From Setoptus koraiensis (taxonomy: Eukaryota > Animalia > Arthropoda): DNA of 64,000 bases. Under the pieces are notes generated by a model, which ran no database searches, was not told the origin of the DNA, and saw only the letters and a program-made list of their open reading frames with translations. The DNA is taken from positions 12,400,001 to 12,464,000 of the forward strand of contig CM106586.1 of assembly GCA_048013815.1 (NCBI GenBank). The letters are read 5' to 3'. The position numbers and the translations under genes were made by a program. Positions 52,301 through 64,000 of this stretch are shown here, piece after piece. The first letter of the stretch is position 1; the number at the start of each line of letters is the position of its first letter.

Positions 52301-55300
52301 CGAGAATTGCATTTCTAACCGAGTTTGAATAATGAATCGACTTATTCAACGGCACACACACACACAACAAAGAGCGCCAGTTGGGGCACTAGAGAGAAAG
52401 ATTTCGTATGCGGCCCTCGCCATGGTTTGCCAATCATCCATCGGGGAATTGCACTTCGGGGAATGGAACGTGAGCCGTTGGCACCAGAAATACCTCTGCT
52501 TTGGTGTGTAAATAATATACAATATGATATAATATGATATAATATGATATAATGTGTGTGTGTGTGTGATAGCAACCACTATATCTATCTACAGCCAGCG
52601 GAGTAGCGCAGTTGGTAGGCCACTGGATGGATATCACGTAATCGGAAAAGGTTAATTTTTCCCATCCTGTCAGCGATCAGTCTAATTGATTGGTGGCGCC
52701 AATCAATGAAGGCGCGAAAATGGGAAATTCGATATACAACAGTTAAATAAGTGAGCAATGTAGCCGGCCCTATCAACTGACCATCGTTACCTGGAATGAT
52801 GGCATGGGCACCGGTACTCTGAACCGGTTCACGCCATCATTGGCACCTTACATTTGATACCCTCATCTTTGTTTCCACATTATAATGGCAGCATTACAGT
52901 GCCTGTAACATGACTCGCCCGATTGTGCCACCTAGCGCTCTGCTGCTGTAGCTTATCACGATAGTATCATGATTATGTAATAGAGACACACGCAAACAAA
53001 CAAAATTACGGGCTTATGATGCGACAGCTGAAAGGGAATCCTTATCCTCTCTCTCACTCACTTTCTCTTTTATCTCGTGCCACCCGCTTACACCAGCGCT
53101 CTAATGTAACCGTTGCGTGCCTCTGGCTTCTTCGTGTAATAAAGTTGTAAAACAATTTCCGCACCAATCACTGCGTGATCGTCCACCAGCAAGCGGGCCA
53201 GCCAGCCAGCCAACGGACCAGCCATCAAATTGGGCGCCAACGATGAGGCCCGGGCTAGAGCATCTCCATTATTCGCATCCGATGAACCTAGTGTATACAT
53301 TGTTGAAACACTCGACACTTGTAATGTTGGTGCGTAGATCGTACAGGGGCCGCTCGAAAAATGGGCCAACCATCATAACGGTCTCTCTGTGAGTGTTAGA
53401 GTCCCAAAGGATGTTTTTCCGGACATTACAAGCAGCGAGAGTAGCAAAAAGTTGTTGTTTATTGCGCAAGCTTGCACAAGTTGGGTATCTTTGAATGATA
53501 AATTATAGCGGAGAGGCACTGACGCGACCATAATAGATAACAACAAAAACAAACAGTCTCATCGGTGATTGAACTTGAAAAAAATCGTAACGGCTGCTGC
53601 AAACGGTTTCTGGTTCTGGTCAATTGGATATTTCTTGGAATGAATGCTCACTCCCTCTCTCTCTAAATGTGTTCCAAAACTCATGTGACCATTACTTCTG
53701 ATACTAACTGTCTCTTTCGAGCAGGAGAAGAGGGAGCAAAAAACTAAAATAAATGTGCGTCTTGTTGCAATCAGTTAGTGGAGATGAAAATGAATGGACG
53801 AGCGCAGTGAAGATACATGGCCCTCTCAGCAAACAATTCATCAACGGCCAATCAGAGAGGTCAATAACAAGACCTTCCACCTGACCTGCCAATGGACCAA
53901 GGAGATACATCAATTCTGACAAATCATTGTAGGCGAGCCATCTTTTCTTCTGTCATCGGATTGCAGTTAATGTACCGGTAATCGGCTCTGTGACAAATAA
54001 ATGTTTCTTTTTTCGATGGTGTTCCAAGTATGTCGAACCCTAGGTAAATCTGTTGCGAAAGTGTTTCGCCGAAAGTAATTAAATCTATCGGAATGATCCA
54101 CTCATCATCAGTGGTAATAATGTCATGGGCCGATTTAGCTCACTATCCAGACCGTCTAGTCAACATGTCTGGACCCCCGTGATTAACTGCTGACTGGTAT
54201 CCCTTCTTGTTGACGATGAGATATCAGCCAGACGGCCAGACAGGCCGTCGGTCAGACGGTCAGCTCGTCAGCCAATATAGGCTGGGCTATGAGCGCCATC
54301 AATGAGCCTAATTGCCGGTGACTGACGTCAGATGAGTTCTGGTGTCTGGCTGCGGGATCCACTATCATCTCGTTGTAGGGGCAATTCGTTGTTTCGTTGT
54401 TGCCGCATTGATGAATTAAATTGAGGCCAGCAATCGCCAGAATGGGCTAATGTGTCAGCAGCGTAAACTAACGGCAGTCCATTTATTTAAGGAGGCTCTT
54501 TTTCGTAAATAAAGCCATCCCATTGACATATCTGAGATATATGAAATGTTCTTGCCAATCCGTTTTCCTGTCTACTGCGAATTTTTGCTGTAAACATAGC
54601 TCATCCTGAAATACCCGTTGATATAAATACGCAAGAAAGAGCTCATCAGCTTAACTTGGCCCCTGTGGTGACTCAGAGAAAAGTAAAGGCACTCTCATTG
54701 ATGACCCTTACGATTGCCACTCTGGACGAATGGTTTTCGGATGGCTCAGAAGCAGGGAAAAACAATAGAGGAGAGCAGAAAACAACCTTATAGACCTGGT
54801 GCTGATTTTCTCAACTGAGACATGATGAGAGAAAGAATTCAAACTTGGTTCAAGATTTTGGTTCGACTAGAATCATCACAGCGAGCTAGTGATGATTTAG
54901 CCAGATGCTAATGGTGTGGAATGGAGAAGGCATCGACTCTTGTATAGATGTCGTCGTAGGAAAAAAAAAAGATACTGTTTAGCCATTGTTGACTAACTGT
55001 AAAATTGTGAAACCTTGCAGGGGAAAACATGGCAAAAATTACTAAGGAAGGCACTGTTTATACCGCGGGTTACTGCGTTATTAAGACCCATAAATCACGG
55101 CTCACAACTCGTGAGTGTGCTAGTCAGGTTGCTCTAAAAATGCAATTCTTTATACAAAAGCCAAGACAAAAAATTTTCTCTTTTGATTTTCTCGGTCGCT
55201 TTTCACGAATGGTCGGTTATACCATTTATATATCTAGAAAGAATTCATCCGGGTTCGCCAGACAAATTCAAAATGTTTAATACGAAATAAAATTGTCCAG

Positions 55301-58300
55301 CTCGTGAACCTACTTGAATGGATTCATTCTGAGAATTCATATGAATACACGAAAATGTAACTGCTTCTCACACAATAAAAGTCAGAATCGTTTGAACGAA
55401 AAAGTATATAATGATGATATAAATAGGACATTACATATTATAAAATATATCAGTGTGCGTAATGCGATAGTTTGTGAAAGTTCCAATACGGTTGGGCTAA
55501 CAGAAATTAAATCCGCTTTTTATTGTTATTCCATGATCGGATTCATTGTTGCTGTGCCCGCTCTTGGGGCCTAAGAAGCTAAGGTTTCTCGAATGTTGTC
55601 TTGGAGAATATTGTTTATTATTTGTTGGCTCCCTGTTGTGACCCCATTCTAGACAACACTAGCCTCATGGGGGGTCTCAGCTGTTGTCGAGTAAAATAAT
55701 GGATAACATGATGACGAGTAACACCTATCACTGCCATCATTAAAATACCCGTGAATAAGCAATTAGGACGGTTACGTCCATGGGGTTCCCGGAAGGGCAA
55801 GTGAAAATAGGGCACTTTTAGGTGATACAATTATTTTGCCATTGGTACATTGTATTCCTGATTGTGACAAATAGTGTGTTGGGGGCTTGAGTTTAATCAT
55901 AATTGGGTAAACAACTGAATAATGCGACAAAATGCAACTATTACCAGAAGAAAAGTCATAGGAAAACAAGTGGAAACTCACGTTTGAGCAAAGCTCAAAT
56001 AGATCGTGGACATGTGAATCCACCGAAATAGACAATAACTTTTAATATGTCTTTTTCTCTAGAGCAATCGTATAATTGCCACACAGGAAAAAAAGAAGGA
56101 ACTCAATTGTGTGACTTTTCTCGAGAAACAGGACAGAAACGACGGCCAGATATATATGACATTGGACAGTTTTCCAAGGCTCAGACTATGCTTTCGATGG
56201 CTCAGACTAAGCATTCGAAGGCTCAGACTATGCTTCCGAGGGCTCAGACTTTGTTTTCATCTTGCTTTTGTATCGTGTCGTATTATAATAGGTGATTTCT
56301 TACAAAAAGTTACCGCTGATTGTATTGACTTTTCCCCTAGTTGTGATTTACATTTTTTCTCAGTTCCGCAAATTGAATGACATCGATTGTCGTCGTAGTT
56401 ATTTTAGTCATCGACATTTCGAGCTATGTTCCGCATGATATAATATTGTAGATGGATGTATACATATCATCTGTGTGCACTGACTAACAGTGGGCACTTG
56501 TAATGAACAGACGCAAGTTTTTTTTTGTCATTTTGCAATGGCAGAAATGACAAAAAAAAGAACTCAATTCAGAAATGGGAGAAAAAAGTCTTTTAACACG
56601 TGCATCCCATCATTGGACTCATGTTTTCACTTTATCATCAATCTAATAGAATTGAGGCTATAAAATAAGCTCCATTGTGAACATTTGAAATCATTAAAAA
56701 CGCTCAAGTCAAACCATACTGGTTGAAAATCACGTGAAAGGGTTAAAAAGCGAGACCGCTACTTGTTAGCTGAATTGATGGAAACACTTTTTTAATCCCG
56801 TCAAACACACCTACACTTTGTTGTGGCTGTGACACGCGGATACAAACTAAGTCTGGCGAAATTTCATGAGTCCTACCTGTACCGTCGAAGTCAAACAACA
56901 TATCAGTGGATAGAGCAATGTTTAAAGTTTTTCAATTTCGGTTCGACAACATTCACAAACGCCAATATAGGGGCTGGCTGTGTTGATAAAGATGTCACGT
57001 ACAATTGCACTTGGCATTGAACAGTTAAGCTCTTGCGGCTCACCAGTTCAATCGCATATGGAAGTTTGTCTGCACGGTGAAAGTTTGGGCCCAAAATCAA
57101 TACAATAGTTGTGGATGGTCGCTGTTCTTTCTGAATAAAACTTGCCAGAGCGAGCGCACAACTCATCTGATTGAATTAGCAACCGGTATATCACCGTGTA
57201 TCGATGAGTTAATAATAAGGCGTGTGACAAAACAAAATAATTTGCTATCTGTCCGTGATAAGCATGGGCAGCGTCAATTATTTGACGTGACTCATGTGAG
57301 CTTCAACAAGCAACTTGTTCATTGTAGTTGCAAAGTTTCAATTCCATATAAAAGTGCCAGTCCAAATGGATTTGCTCTGATTAATGAGCATGCCAGACAA
57401 CTGTCTACCGCATGTAAACAGATACAAACCATGTATTACATGTCATAATGACCTTGTCGATTCTCTGCCCAATTAACTGTTCGTTGTCGGAGCCTCTTCC
57501 ATTGGCACGAGAGCCCCAACCGCTTATACATGTAACTTATTGATGATGCTAGCACCTAATTAGCGATTTGTTCGACAATAGACAATGCCAAGCCAGCTAT
57601 TGATGATTTCAGAAAGAATTCGCTGCGAACGCTCAACGAGTTCGGTCTGGCAGTTTTGTTTTTCCGACCATACGTTACTACTGAATGGTTCTCATAATGG
57701 CAAGTGACTTTTATCGACCATTGTTCTTATTATCTACATGAATGAGCATAATGAACAGCTCTCGCAACGAATATGGCCTCTTCCCATATTAGATCAAAAT
57801 GCTAACACATATGAGGAGCCCTTGCTAATGGGTGTAAGTTATAGAGTTGGAATAATGCCAACACTTTCACAACATACACACACGGAGCCTTCGATATTGT
57901 GATGACCCCATTTTCATAGTGTCTAACAACTCGGCGCTAATTTGGACTAAAGACAATGCGAATGCGTCAGATTGTGTGCGGTCTGGCCTACGCGCGATCT
58001 TTCCAAATCGGTGAGAGCGGGCCCCATAATCTGGCATCCATCATTATTAATCAAACTCACCGGTATCGTTACTAATGAGGATGATTTTGCTTTTGGCTAT
58101 TGATTATGACTACGCGTAATTACTGGCATTGACAAAGAACAGAGAGCGCGCGTTGAATGCTTAGTTAAACAATGCAAGCTTTGCCATAATTAATGGTCGT
58201 TTTTCACGGTAACTCAGCGATGCCGACCATAATCATTGAAATAGAAATAAAACAAAACACCAATCAATGTCAGTAGTTCAAGAATAAATGCGATGAATAT

Positions 58301-60626
58301 TTTCATTTGTTTTTTTTTCTGTACCGCTTTGTTTTGCTATCGTTCTAGTAGCTGCTGAACTGTGTAATGCAAACCACAAAACAATACTTGATTGTTTTGC
58401 GTCGCTAGAGGCTTCACAGGCCATGGATCAGGGGACATTTTGCGCCCACTCTTTCAGATCTAACTTCTCGTTGTTGCAATATCTATGTTAGAATACACAT
58501 GTATCACGCACAGAATAACACCAAAATATCCCAGTGTGATTGGGCCAGTGATAGCCTCGAGCTTAATCTTCATGTACCTAAAATCAATTAGTTTGTTTGG
58601 TGGTAGCTGGCATTGAGAATATGGTAATGATTGTGGAATAGCAAGCGTTATGGTGAAAAAATTCAAACCGGATGACTCTCTTTTGGGGAATGAAATTCAA
58701 CTTCGTTCCATTCTGAAATCAAAAAGAAAAAAAAGTGGAAAAACGAGAAAAAGTGGGTGCTGGTACCATGATAAAGAACAAAATTTAGCCAATTTTCGAC
58801 TGTAGCTCAGTTCAATATTCTGTATTCCAAAATGGTGTGAAACCTCGGAATGAACGGATAGAAAATGGAAAAATGTTCCATCATGGAAACCAACTTTCGC
58901 GCGAAATTCTCTCCATTTCTCGATGTGTGCCAACCTTGAAATTAGAGAAGATACATGTATGCTTTGCATTGATAATGCAATTATTTCGAGAATAACATTT
59001 GAGCGTAGTGAAAGAACATTCACCACAACGAATTCATGATTTATCGGGTCATAATTCCCGATTTTCTATCAAAATCAGTGTTTGAGTAAACGGATCTCCG
59101 AAAGTCTGATCATATTTCAAGGAACACCAATAGTTCTAACGGCAATGTTAATTGCATGCGCGTGCTCGTTAGAAAACGTTGACCAGAAGGCTAAAATGTT
59201 TGCCAAAAATAATTGCTTCAACTGATTCAAATCTCCGATGGACGATGGATCAGAGGCACGAAAAAAGAAAATTCTGACCCAATTTGACAGAGAGAATTTG
59301 TTGCTGGCCGTCCGAATTAGTAACTGATTCAAGCATGTGATGATTAGAATCTTTCCATTGTAGTGGATTTTATCGTGGTTCGCTCCAAAAAGTTGAAATC
59401 GTTGGTCGTAGCATGGACGAAATGATCGAATCAATTCTTTTGTTTTTTTTGTTGCTTTGAACCATGACCCAAATAGTTGATTTTAAATAAAATGGATGAA
59501 ATTGTTTTTAGGTCGTAATTGGAATTACAATCATTTAAATCATAATGGTTTTAATCAATGTTGGCCTAAACTATTTTTGTTGCCTAAAAAAACCATTTAG
59601 TCCAGAAATTATAAATAAAATCCTCTTTGATAGATTCGAGAAGAAACAAATTATTTTAACCATTATTCGGATCAATAATGGGCCATATTTAAAAGAGCCA
59701 AACTTGATTTGATCATGAGTCTGGTTTAATAAGTGATTAAATCATAGAGACCCCCACTATATCACTGATAGTTGACCATGATAAGCAATACTATATTGCA
59801 TAATTTCTACTACTTACAGACTGCTCGGAAGGGGAGACAAATCGTGGGGCAGCATGACAATATCCCAACCAACACAATTCCAAGTGTTACCGGTGTCGAG
59901 CACTGACGACTTGCGCATTATGCAATACGAATGGGGGAAATGTTGTTGAGGCGATTTCTGTTTTTTTATCTTATTGCCCATTGCTTGTTCAGTTCTGTTG
60001 TCGAAAGTGTTATTACCACCAATTGTGCTATTTTGGGTTACTTGTTGTTGTTTGTCTTCAATCTGTTGAAGTTGTTTCTGGATTGATTTCAAAGATTGCT
60101 GATACAGTTGATCAGTTTCCTCGGCGACAGGCTGTCCAGCTTCCGACAATATCACCTGTTGTGACAAAGATACTGTTGGTGGCGCTGTTGAAGTTGCTGA
60201 GGAGATTGAGGCCATTTGTGATGACAACATCTCAGACGCCGCTGACATCTCACTGTCGACATTAAGTGATTGGTGATTTTCTTGTAACTGCTGGCCACCA
60301 CTAGACGGTTCATACAGCCAAACATCATCGAACTGACTTTGTTCATCACCGTCGTCAATGAATTCTACTTTTCGCGTCTCTTCGATGTTGCTGATGTCGC
60401 TACTGGGTGGCCCATTGGGGTCTAAGATGGATTCTTTTACAAATTTACCTTCCCAAATCCTTTGATCCATTTCACTGACGGCTGCACAACTGTGCATTAA
60501 GGGTATTATTGTCACCACCAGAGAGGATAACAAAACAATTTGTTTAATCTCACAGTTGATTAGTGCAATGAGGAACCGCCACCACAGTGCTTTGGTGGTG
60601 ATTCTCGTTGGCATTGAATATCTCAT
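41399..60626 (-). CDS. LGR1: Type A leucine-rich-repeat GPCR (glycoprotein hormone receptor, LGR1/FSHR-TSHR-like), whole gene span, ~12 exons, ~1770 aa
   Basis: Signal peptide and N-cap exon, a run of phase-2 LRR exons of 66-75 nt, LTYAYHCCAF, FNPCEDVMGY, TM motifs GNMSVIVVL, NLALADLSMGIYL, ITFERYYAI, YSKTSICLP, LTDFACWGP, NPYLY. Exon phases are mutually consistent. Confidence 0.88.
43485..44031 (-). CDS. LGR1: LGR exon: ICL3, TM6, TM7 and proximal tail
   Basis: Acceptor AATCAG|ATG at 44031. KERTVAMRMALLVLTDFACW; NPYLY at 43807-43821. Donor A|GTAAGT at 43484. Confidence 0.88.
44214..45570 (-). CDS. LGR1: LGR exon: hinge and TM1-TM5
   Basis: Acceptor TTACAG| at 45570. FNPCED at 44811-44828. 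Donor AAG|GTGAGT at 44213. Confidence 0.92.
45709..45921 (-). CDS. LGR1: LGR exon: last LRRs and CCAF box
   Basis: DVSNTSLTKLPSLGLDSLRTL...LTYAYHCCAF. Acceptor CTACAG|, donor CAG|GTACTT. Confidence 0.92.
46417..46491 (-). CDS. LGR1: LGR LRR exon (TLKGNKNLVFIHDRAFAGIKSLTEL), 75 nt
   Basis: Phase 2-2. TTTCAG| acceptor, |GTAAGT donor. Not in the ORF track. Confidence 0.88.
46761..46829 (-). CDS. LGR1: LGR LRR exon (NLEFNNIASIGEGVFNGSEVASL), 69 nt
   Basis: Phase 2-2, |GTGAGT donor. Parallels FSHR [23 protein letters not shown]. Confidence 0.88.
47439..47504 (-). CDS. LGR1: LGR LRR exon (DLDSNNIDSLGHHPIRVRTEIL), 66 nt
   Basis: Phase 2-2. TGTAG| acceptor, |GTAGGT donor. Confidence 0.8.
47801..47872 (-). 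CDS. LGR1: LGR LRR exon (RIQQTGLKVFANFSQFYDNILSNI), 72 nt
   Basis: Phase 2-2. CTCAG| acceptor, |GTAAGT donor. Parallels FSHR LISNTGIKHLP. Confidence 0.82.
50666..50740 (-). CDS. LGR1: LGR LRR exon (SMENLRRLTSIEPGTFTDMKRLRVL), 75 nt
   Basis: Phase 2-2. ACACAG| acceptor, |GTGAGT donor. Confidence 0.88.
50811..50880. repeat. 14-bp tandem repeat x5 (GTTGCATAATACGA)
   Basis: Three perfect copies and two variants, directly visible. Confidence 0.92.
51037..51054 (-). CDS. Candidate 18-nt LGR microexon (x-NTLRD-L)
   Basis: CTACAG|GAACACATTGCGCGATTT|GTAGGT, phase 2-2. Yields TLRDL just before SMENL, which fits the end of an LRR. Confidence 0.4.
52512..52568. repeat. (ATATG/ATATA)n pentamer run followed by (TG)n
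   Basis: aatatgatat repeated, then tgtgtg. Confidence 0.85.
56178..56261. repeat. 21-bp tandem repeat x4 (GGCTCAGACTATGCTTTCGAT consensus)
   Basis: Units at 56178, 56199, 56220 and 56241 with an invariant GGCTCAGACT head. Confidence 0.9.
58512..58577 (-). CDS. LGR1: Probable LGR exon 2 (YMKIKLEAITGPITLGYFGVIL), 66 nt
   Basis: CTAAT branch-like motif then TTTTAG| acceptor, |GTGCGT donor, phase 2-2. KLEAI resembles FSHR exon 2 KLRVI. Confidence 0.55.
59818..60626 (-). CDS. LGR1: LGR first coding exon: signal peptide, long Q/S-rich spacer, N-terminal Cys cap
   Basis: Hydrophobic IVLLSSLVVTIIPL. Ends YC...WNCVGWDIVMLPHDLSPLPSSL with a phase-2 CT|GTAAGT donor, as in GPHR exon 1 (C...IPSDLPRNAIEL). 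ATG at 60626 (alternative 60614); the track's 60641 start is a TTG. Confidence 0.78.
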
Positions 60627-61821
60627 TATGTCTTGGTACAAGTCGCGCTTGAGTTTTGATTATGATCGTCATTTGTTACGGTGAAAACTCTTTTTAATTC
60701 TGATCAAACATGATCTGAAATAACAATTTACATACTACTATACTACTACTATCTGATTGGATCATTTTTGGCATTTTTGATCACTATATTGCACAGTTTT
60801 GATCATCCTCACACAGATAACTAATCACTTGTAAGCGAACACTTTTGTGTACCTACATTCATTCGAACTTGAAAGCCATGCAAACACTTATTGATGTTAA
60901 ACCACCGACCGGATAAACTTAGAATGGCCATGACAGTAGTCGTTTGTTGTCGCAACTTTTCTATGCGACTGCGCTTTTCGTCGACAACGCCAACGAGCAA
61001 CGGCAAGCTTTTTACGTAATAGAAAACGTGCGTTACCAGATTCATTTTATCAAATGGGGCGATCTTTGTCTAGACGATCCAGGCGACATCTTGTTGGTGC
61101 CGTGAGTAACACAAATCTCTATGATAATTTCCATGAACAAGCTTGATTTAGGGACCTAGATGCACAATCAGAACTTTGAAGCGCTGCTTCTCGAATCGAA
61201 CCGCTCGACACTTCAATTCTAATCTCAAATCATAGCCGTATTCACGTGTCAGCCTTGAGCTCACCTGACTCTCGAGTCTCAATTAAATGAAAAAAATAGT
61301 AAAATTTAGGCATCAGGTCGTTTTTCTGTGTGTCCTTTAAGGTGGGCCACATTTAATACAGCAAGATCTATTCAGTAAGCTCTGCATGAGTTGTATTTTC
61401 ATTAAATTCCAGACAAGCTTTGAGCTTTTACATCTCTTGCGCCACATTTTTTGATTTTTATTTATTGAAAGTTGACACGATCTCAAAGCGGTGACATAAC
61501 ATGCCTGGCCGAACATGACTCAAGTCTCATTGAGTCTGTCTAATTTTCAGCTCATATTCAATTGACTCGTGGAAAAGGTTGACTCCGATTCAACAACTAA
61601 ACCTCGGATCAGGTCCGCTTCAAGCGAGACTTGTGAATACCACTGTCGTTTTCAAGTTGCTGTGTGTTTCACAAAATCAAAATATCACACATAGTTGTGT
61701 CACAAAAGAAAAATTTATACCAGAAAATAAGTTTTTTAGGAGAAAAAAAATATATTTCGCAAATCGAGCTGCAATCATCCGATAATTAGTAGAGAAAAAT
61801 TGAATATAACGAGAAAACAAG

Positions 61822-62160
61822 ATGATAGTGAAATTAGAGGGACAATCACTGCTTCACGGCTATAGTCTAGGGTGGTTTTTAACACAAACCACAAGTCCCA
61901 GTGGGAGCTGGCCAAACTATAAAAATAAGCGTACATATCTACCAAAAGTGGCTAACTTAGTGTATTCGTTAGAGGCAAACAACACTATGGGGCCCATCTT
62001 TAGGATGCTCAGGCTAATAGTTACGCCAATTACAGCAGCCATTTTAGCATATCACATGTTAGTAATATCTTTCAACATTGGCTACGTGAGTAAATCGTTC
62101 CGACCTAACATAGCGCCAATAATTAGCCCCGCCCTAGTAGTGAATGGTTGCAATATTTTG
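61822..62160 (+). CDS. Gustatory receptor-like gene, exon 1
   Basis: ATG at 61822, hydrophobic helices, phase-0 TTG|GTAAGT donor at 62161. Confidence 0.65.
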
Positions 62161-62270
62161 GTAAGTTTATCAAATCTCTGAACTATTTTGTTGTGATAAT
62201 TTTGTGCCTAACAGTTTATAATAATTCGTTACCGAATGTTATCGGTCACAAATGAATCGTCCCAATCAAG

Positions 62271-63354
62271 TTGTTTGTACAATTGGCTTTCACTTTGCTC
62301 AATTTCATAGACAAGCATCCCTTGGTTGAGACATTTCATGCCAATGCTATATTCAATGTTTCGAGAAAATATCAATATCAGTATTACTGGGTGCATTTGA
62401 TTCTAGCGCTTCTTGAAGCATTATCCGATTGGTGCATATCTAGATATATGCTGGTAGATATTTTCGACAATGTTAATCTCGAAGATTCGAGTAATTTCGG
62501 AATGAAAATGTCAGAGGGTTTCCAGATGAGAAACAGAAAATTCTATAGCTTCAGAATGTTTCCCCTCGCGTATATAATCTACTTTTTTGCCCATCAAGTA
62601 CGATACTATGCCTTCTTCGTGTATTGCTACTCCAGCTATTGTATAGCGCACCATTTGGAGGATATCACCAATCAAGTAGACGATTACCTGATCAAATCGC
62701 GCGTGAAAATTGATGCATTGTCTGACATAAAATTTGTGACATTGACGCACAATAATCAAGTCTCACTCATTAAAATAGACAAAGATGATGCGCGAAAGCA
62801 TTCGGATCAGCAGCAGCAACAACAACAACAACAAGAGAAACAAGACAATAGCAACGACAAGAATGATAATAAAACTAAATATTATCTCAACTCTATGGAA
62901 CAATTGGAACGTCACTTGGAACAAATAGCGCTACTGATCGCAAGCATAGACTCACTGTATACCTGGCGCGCCTACTGCATCTTTAGTTGCTCAATATTAA
63001 TAAAGGCGATTCTCATTTTAGTTGGTTTCAATTACAGAGGCGACATGCCTCATTTTAGTCTTATTTGTTCGCTCATTTGCATAGTGAAAAACACCAGAGA
63101 ATTGATCATGTTCTATCATGGAAGCTCGTTGAAATGGTCAGCAAGCAGACTATCCAATAAGCTCAATCGTATGTTTAACGGAGCAGTTAGTTATGGGCAC
63201 AATAATCAGCATCTCTGTAGCCTATTGAGAATAAAACACAATCTGATGAGCAGATTTGTGTTCACCGCAGACGGAATGCTAAAAATAGAGTTGTCAACAT
63301 TCACCAAAATGTTGATCTATGTGGTCAGTTGGGTGTTCATCGTCCTTCAAATGG
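62271..63354 (+). CDS. Gustatory receptor-like (7tm_7) gene, exon 2
   Basis: In-frame acceptor CAAG| at 62270, multiple TM segments, C-terminal FTADGMLKIELSTFTKMLIYVVSWVFIVLQM matching the Gr FTAxG...TYxxxxxQF signature. Donor G|GTGAGT at 63355. Confidence 0.78.
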
Positions 63355-63456
63355 GTGAGTATGCAAATAGAAGTGTCGAAATCCATCTAATACCATTGTA
63401 TTATGCAAACAGCAATTTTCACCTATGTCTCTCTCTCTGCTCTTTTGCCAACGTAG

Positions 63457-63473
63457 ACAATGATGTACGATGA
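63457..63473 (+). CDS. Gustatory receptor-like gene, terminal mini-exon (D-NDVR*)
   Basis: Strong polypyrimidine acceptor CTCTCTCTGCTCTTTTGCCAACGTAG| at 63456. The phase-1 join gives a ~479-aa protein. Confidence 0.6.
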
Positions 63474-64000
63474 TAGAAGCACAATCGACCCTCATAGAAC
63501 TCTCGCGAAATCATTCATTCCATTCGAATAGTGTATAAAGGGATGATTGCTGGAAAATGGCAAGGAACAAAACTGATTAATGTATCGATTGAACCGAAAA
63601 AAAATTATCATCTTGTAGCCACGCGAAGAATATTCAAGAGCTAAAAATCAAATCCACTCAACTGTGACTGAAAAATGATATACGGTGCTAAATGTGAAAG
63701 TAGTTGAATTTACCAGTAGATAACGAGAATAATCACGTCATCGATGGCTTCCACTCTGACTACTGTTAGTTTCAAGAAGACTAGTCTGCTGGTTGTCTTT
63801 ACGAAGAAACACCAAAAATTAGACGGGCTTGCAAGATCTATGCAAGATCTAAGCGTAAATTGAATTCGTTATTCTATTGATAGATTGTTTGCAACCGATA
63901 TAATAGAATGCATTTGCGTGCAGACAGTCACTATGACAGCCAAGCGAATTGTCAGAGGTACGAAAATTCTTACGAAGATCTAGATAATAAATGATTGTTA

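Noticed and set aside
53088-54740. LRR-like peptide fragments (DLRTNITSVECF, WLAYNDLSEL, VRVINESAFTFL) as the missing LGR exon
   Set aside because: None is flanked by a phase 2-2 AG/GT pair without an in-frame stop.
56178-56261. CRISPR-like appearance of regularly spaced repeats (also 50811-50880 and 1504-1641)
   Set aside because: The units are contiguous with no unique spacers, there are no cas genes, and the context is a eukaryotic intron or leader.

Overview
Eukaryotic (arthropod) genomic DNA; the mix of intronless housekeeping genes, CAA-rich low-complexity coding tracts and a gustatory-receptor gene suggests a mite with a compact genome such as an eriophyoid (inference only). Six genes are supported. 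(1) A RASL10-type Ras GTPase on +: a 43-nt first coding exon (1917-1959) splices mid-P-loop across a 21.7-kb intron into a 9.5-kb exon (23659-33152). The resulting ~3178-aa protein has its G-domain split into blocks by insertions of ~530 and ~1690 aa and still ends in a CaaX box. (2) An orphan secreted coiled-coil gene (-). (3) Intronless RUVBL1/pontin (-). (4) A divergently transcribed NSE1-like gene that stops before the RING domain (+). (5) A multi-exon type-A LGR/glycoprotein-hormone receptor (-, 41399-60626) with an expanded N-terminus, hinge and ~740-aa C-tail. (6) A three-exon gustatory receptor (+). No tRNA, rRNA, CRISPR array or transposase was recognised. Exon models come from manual reading of splice signals plus remembered family motifs; nothing was searched against a database.
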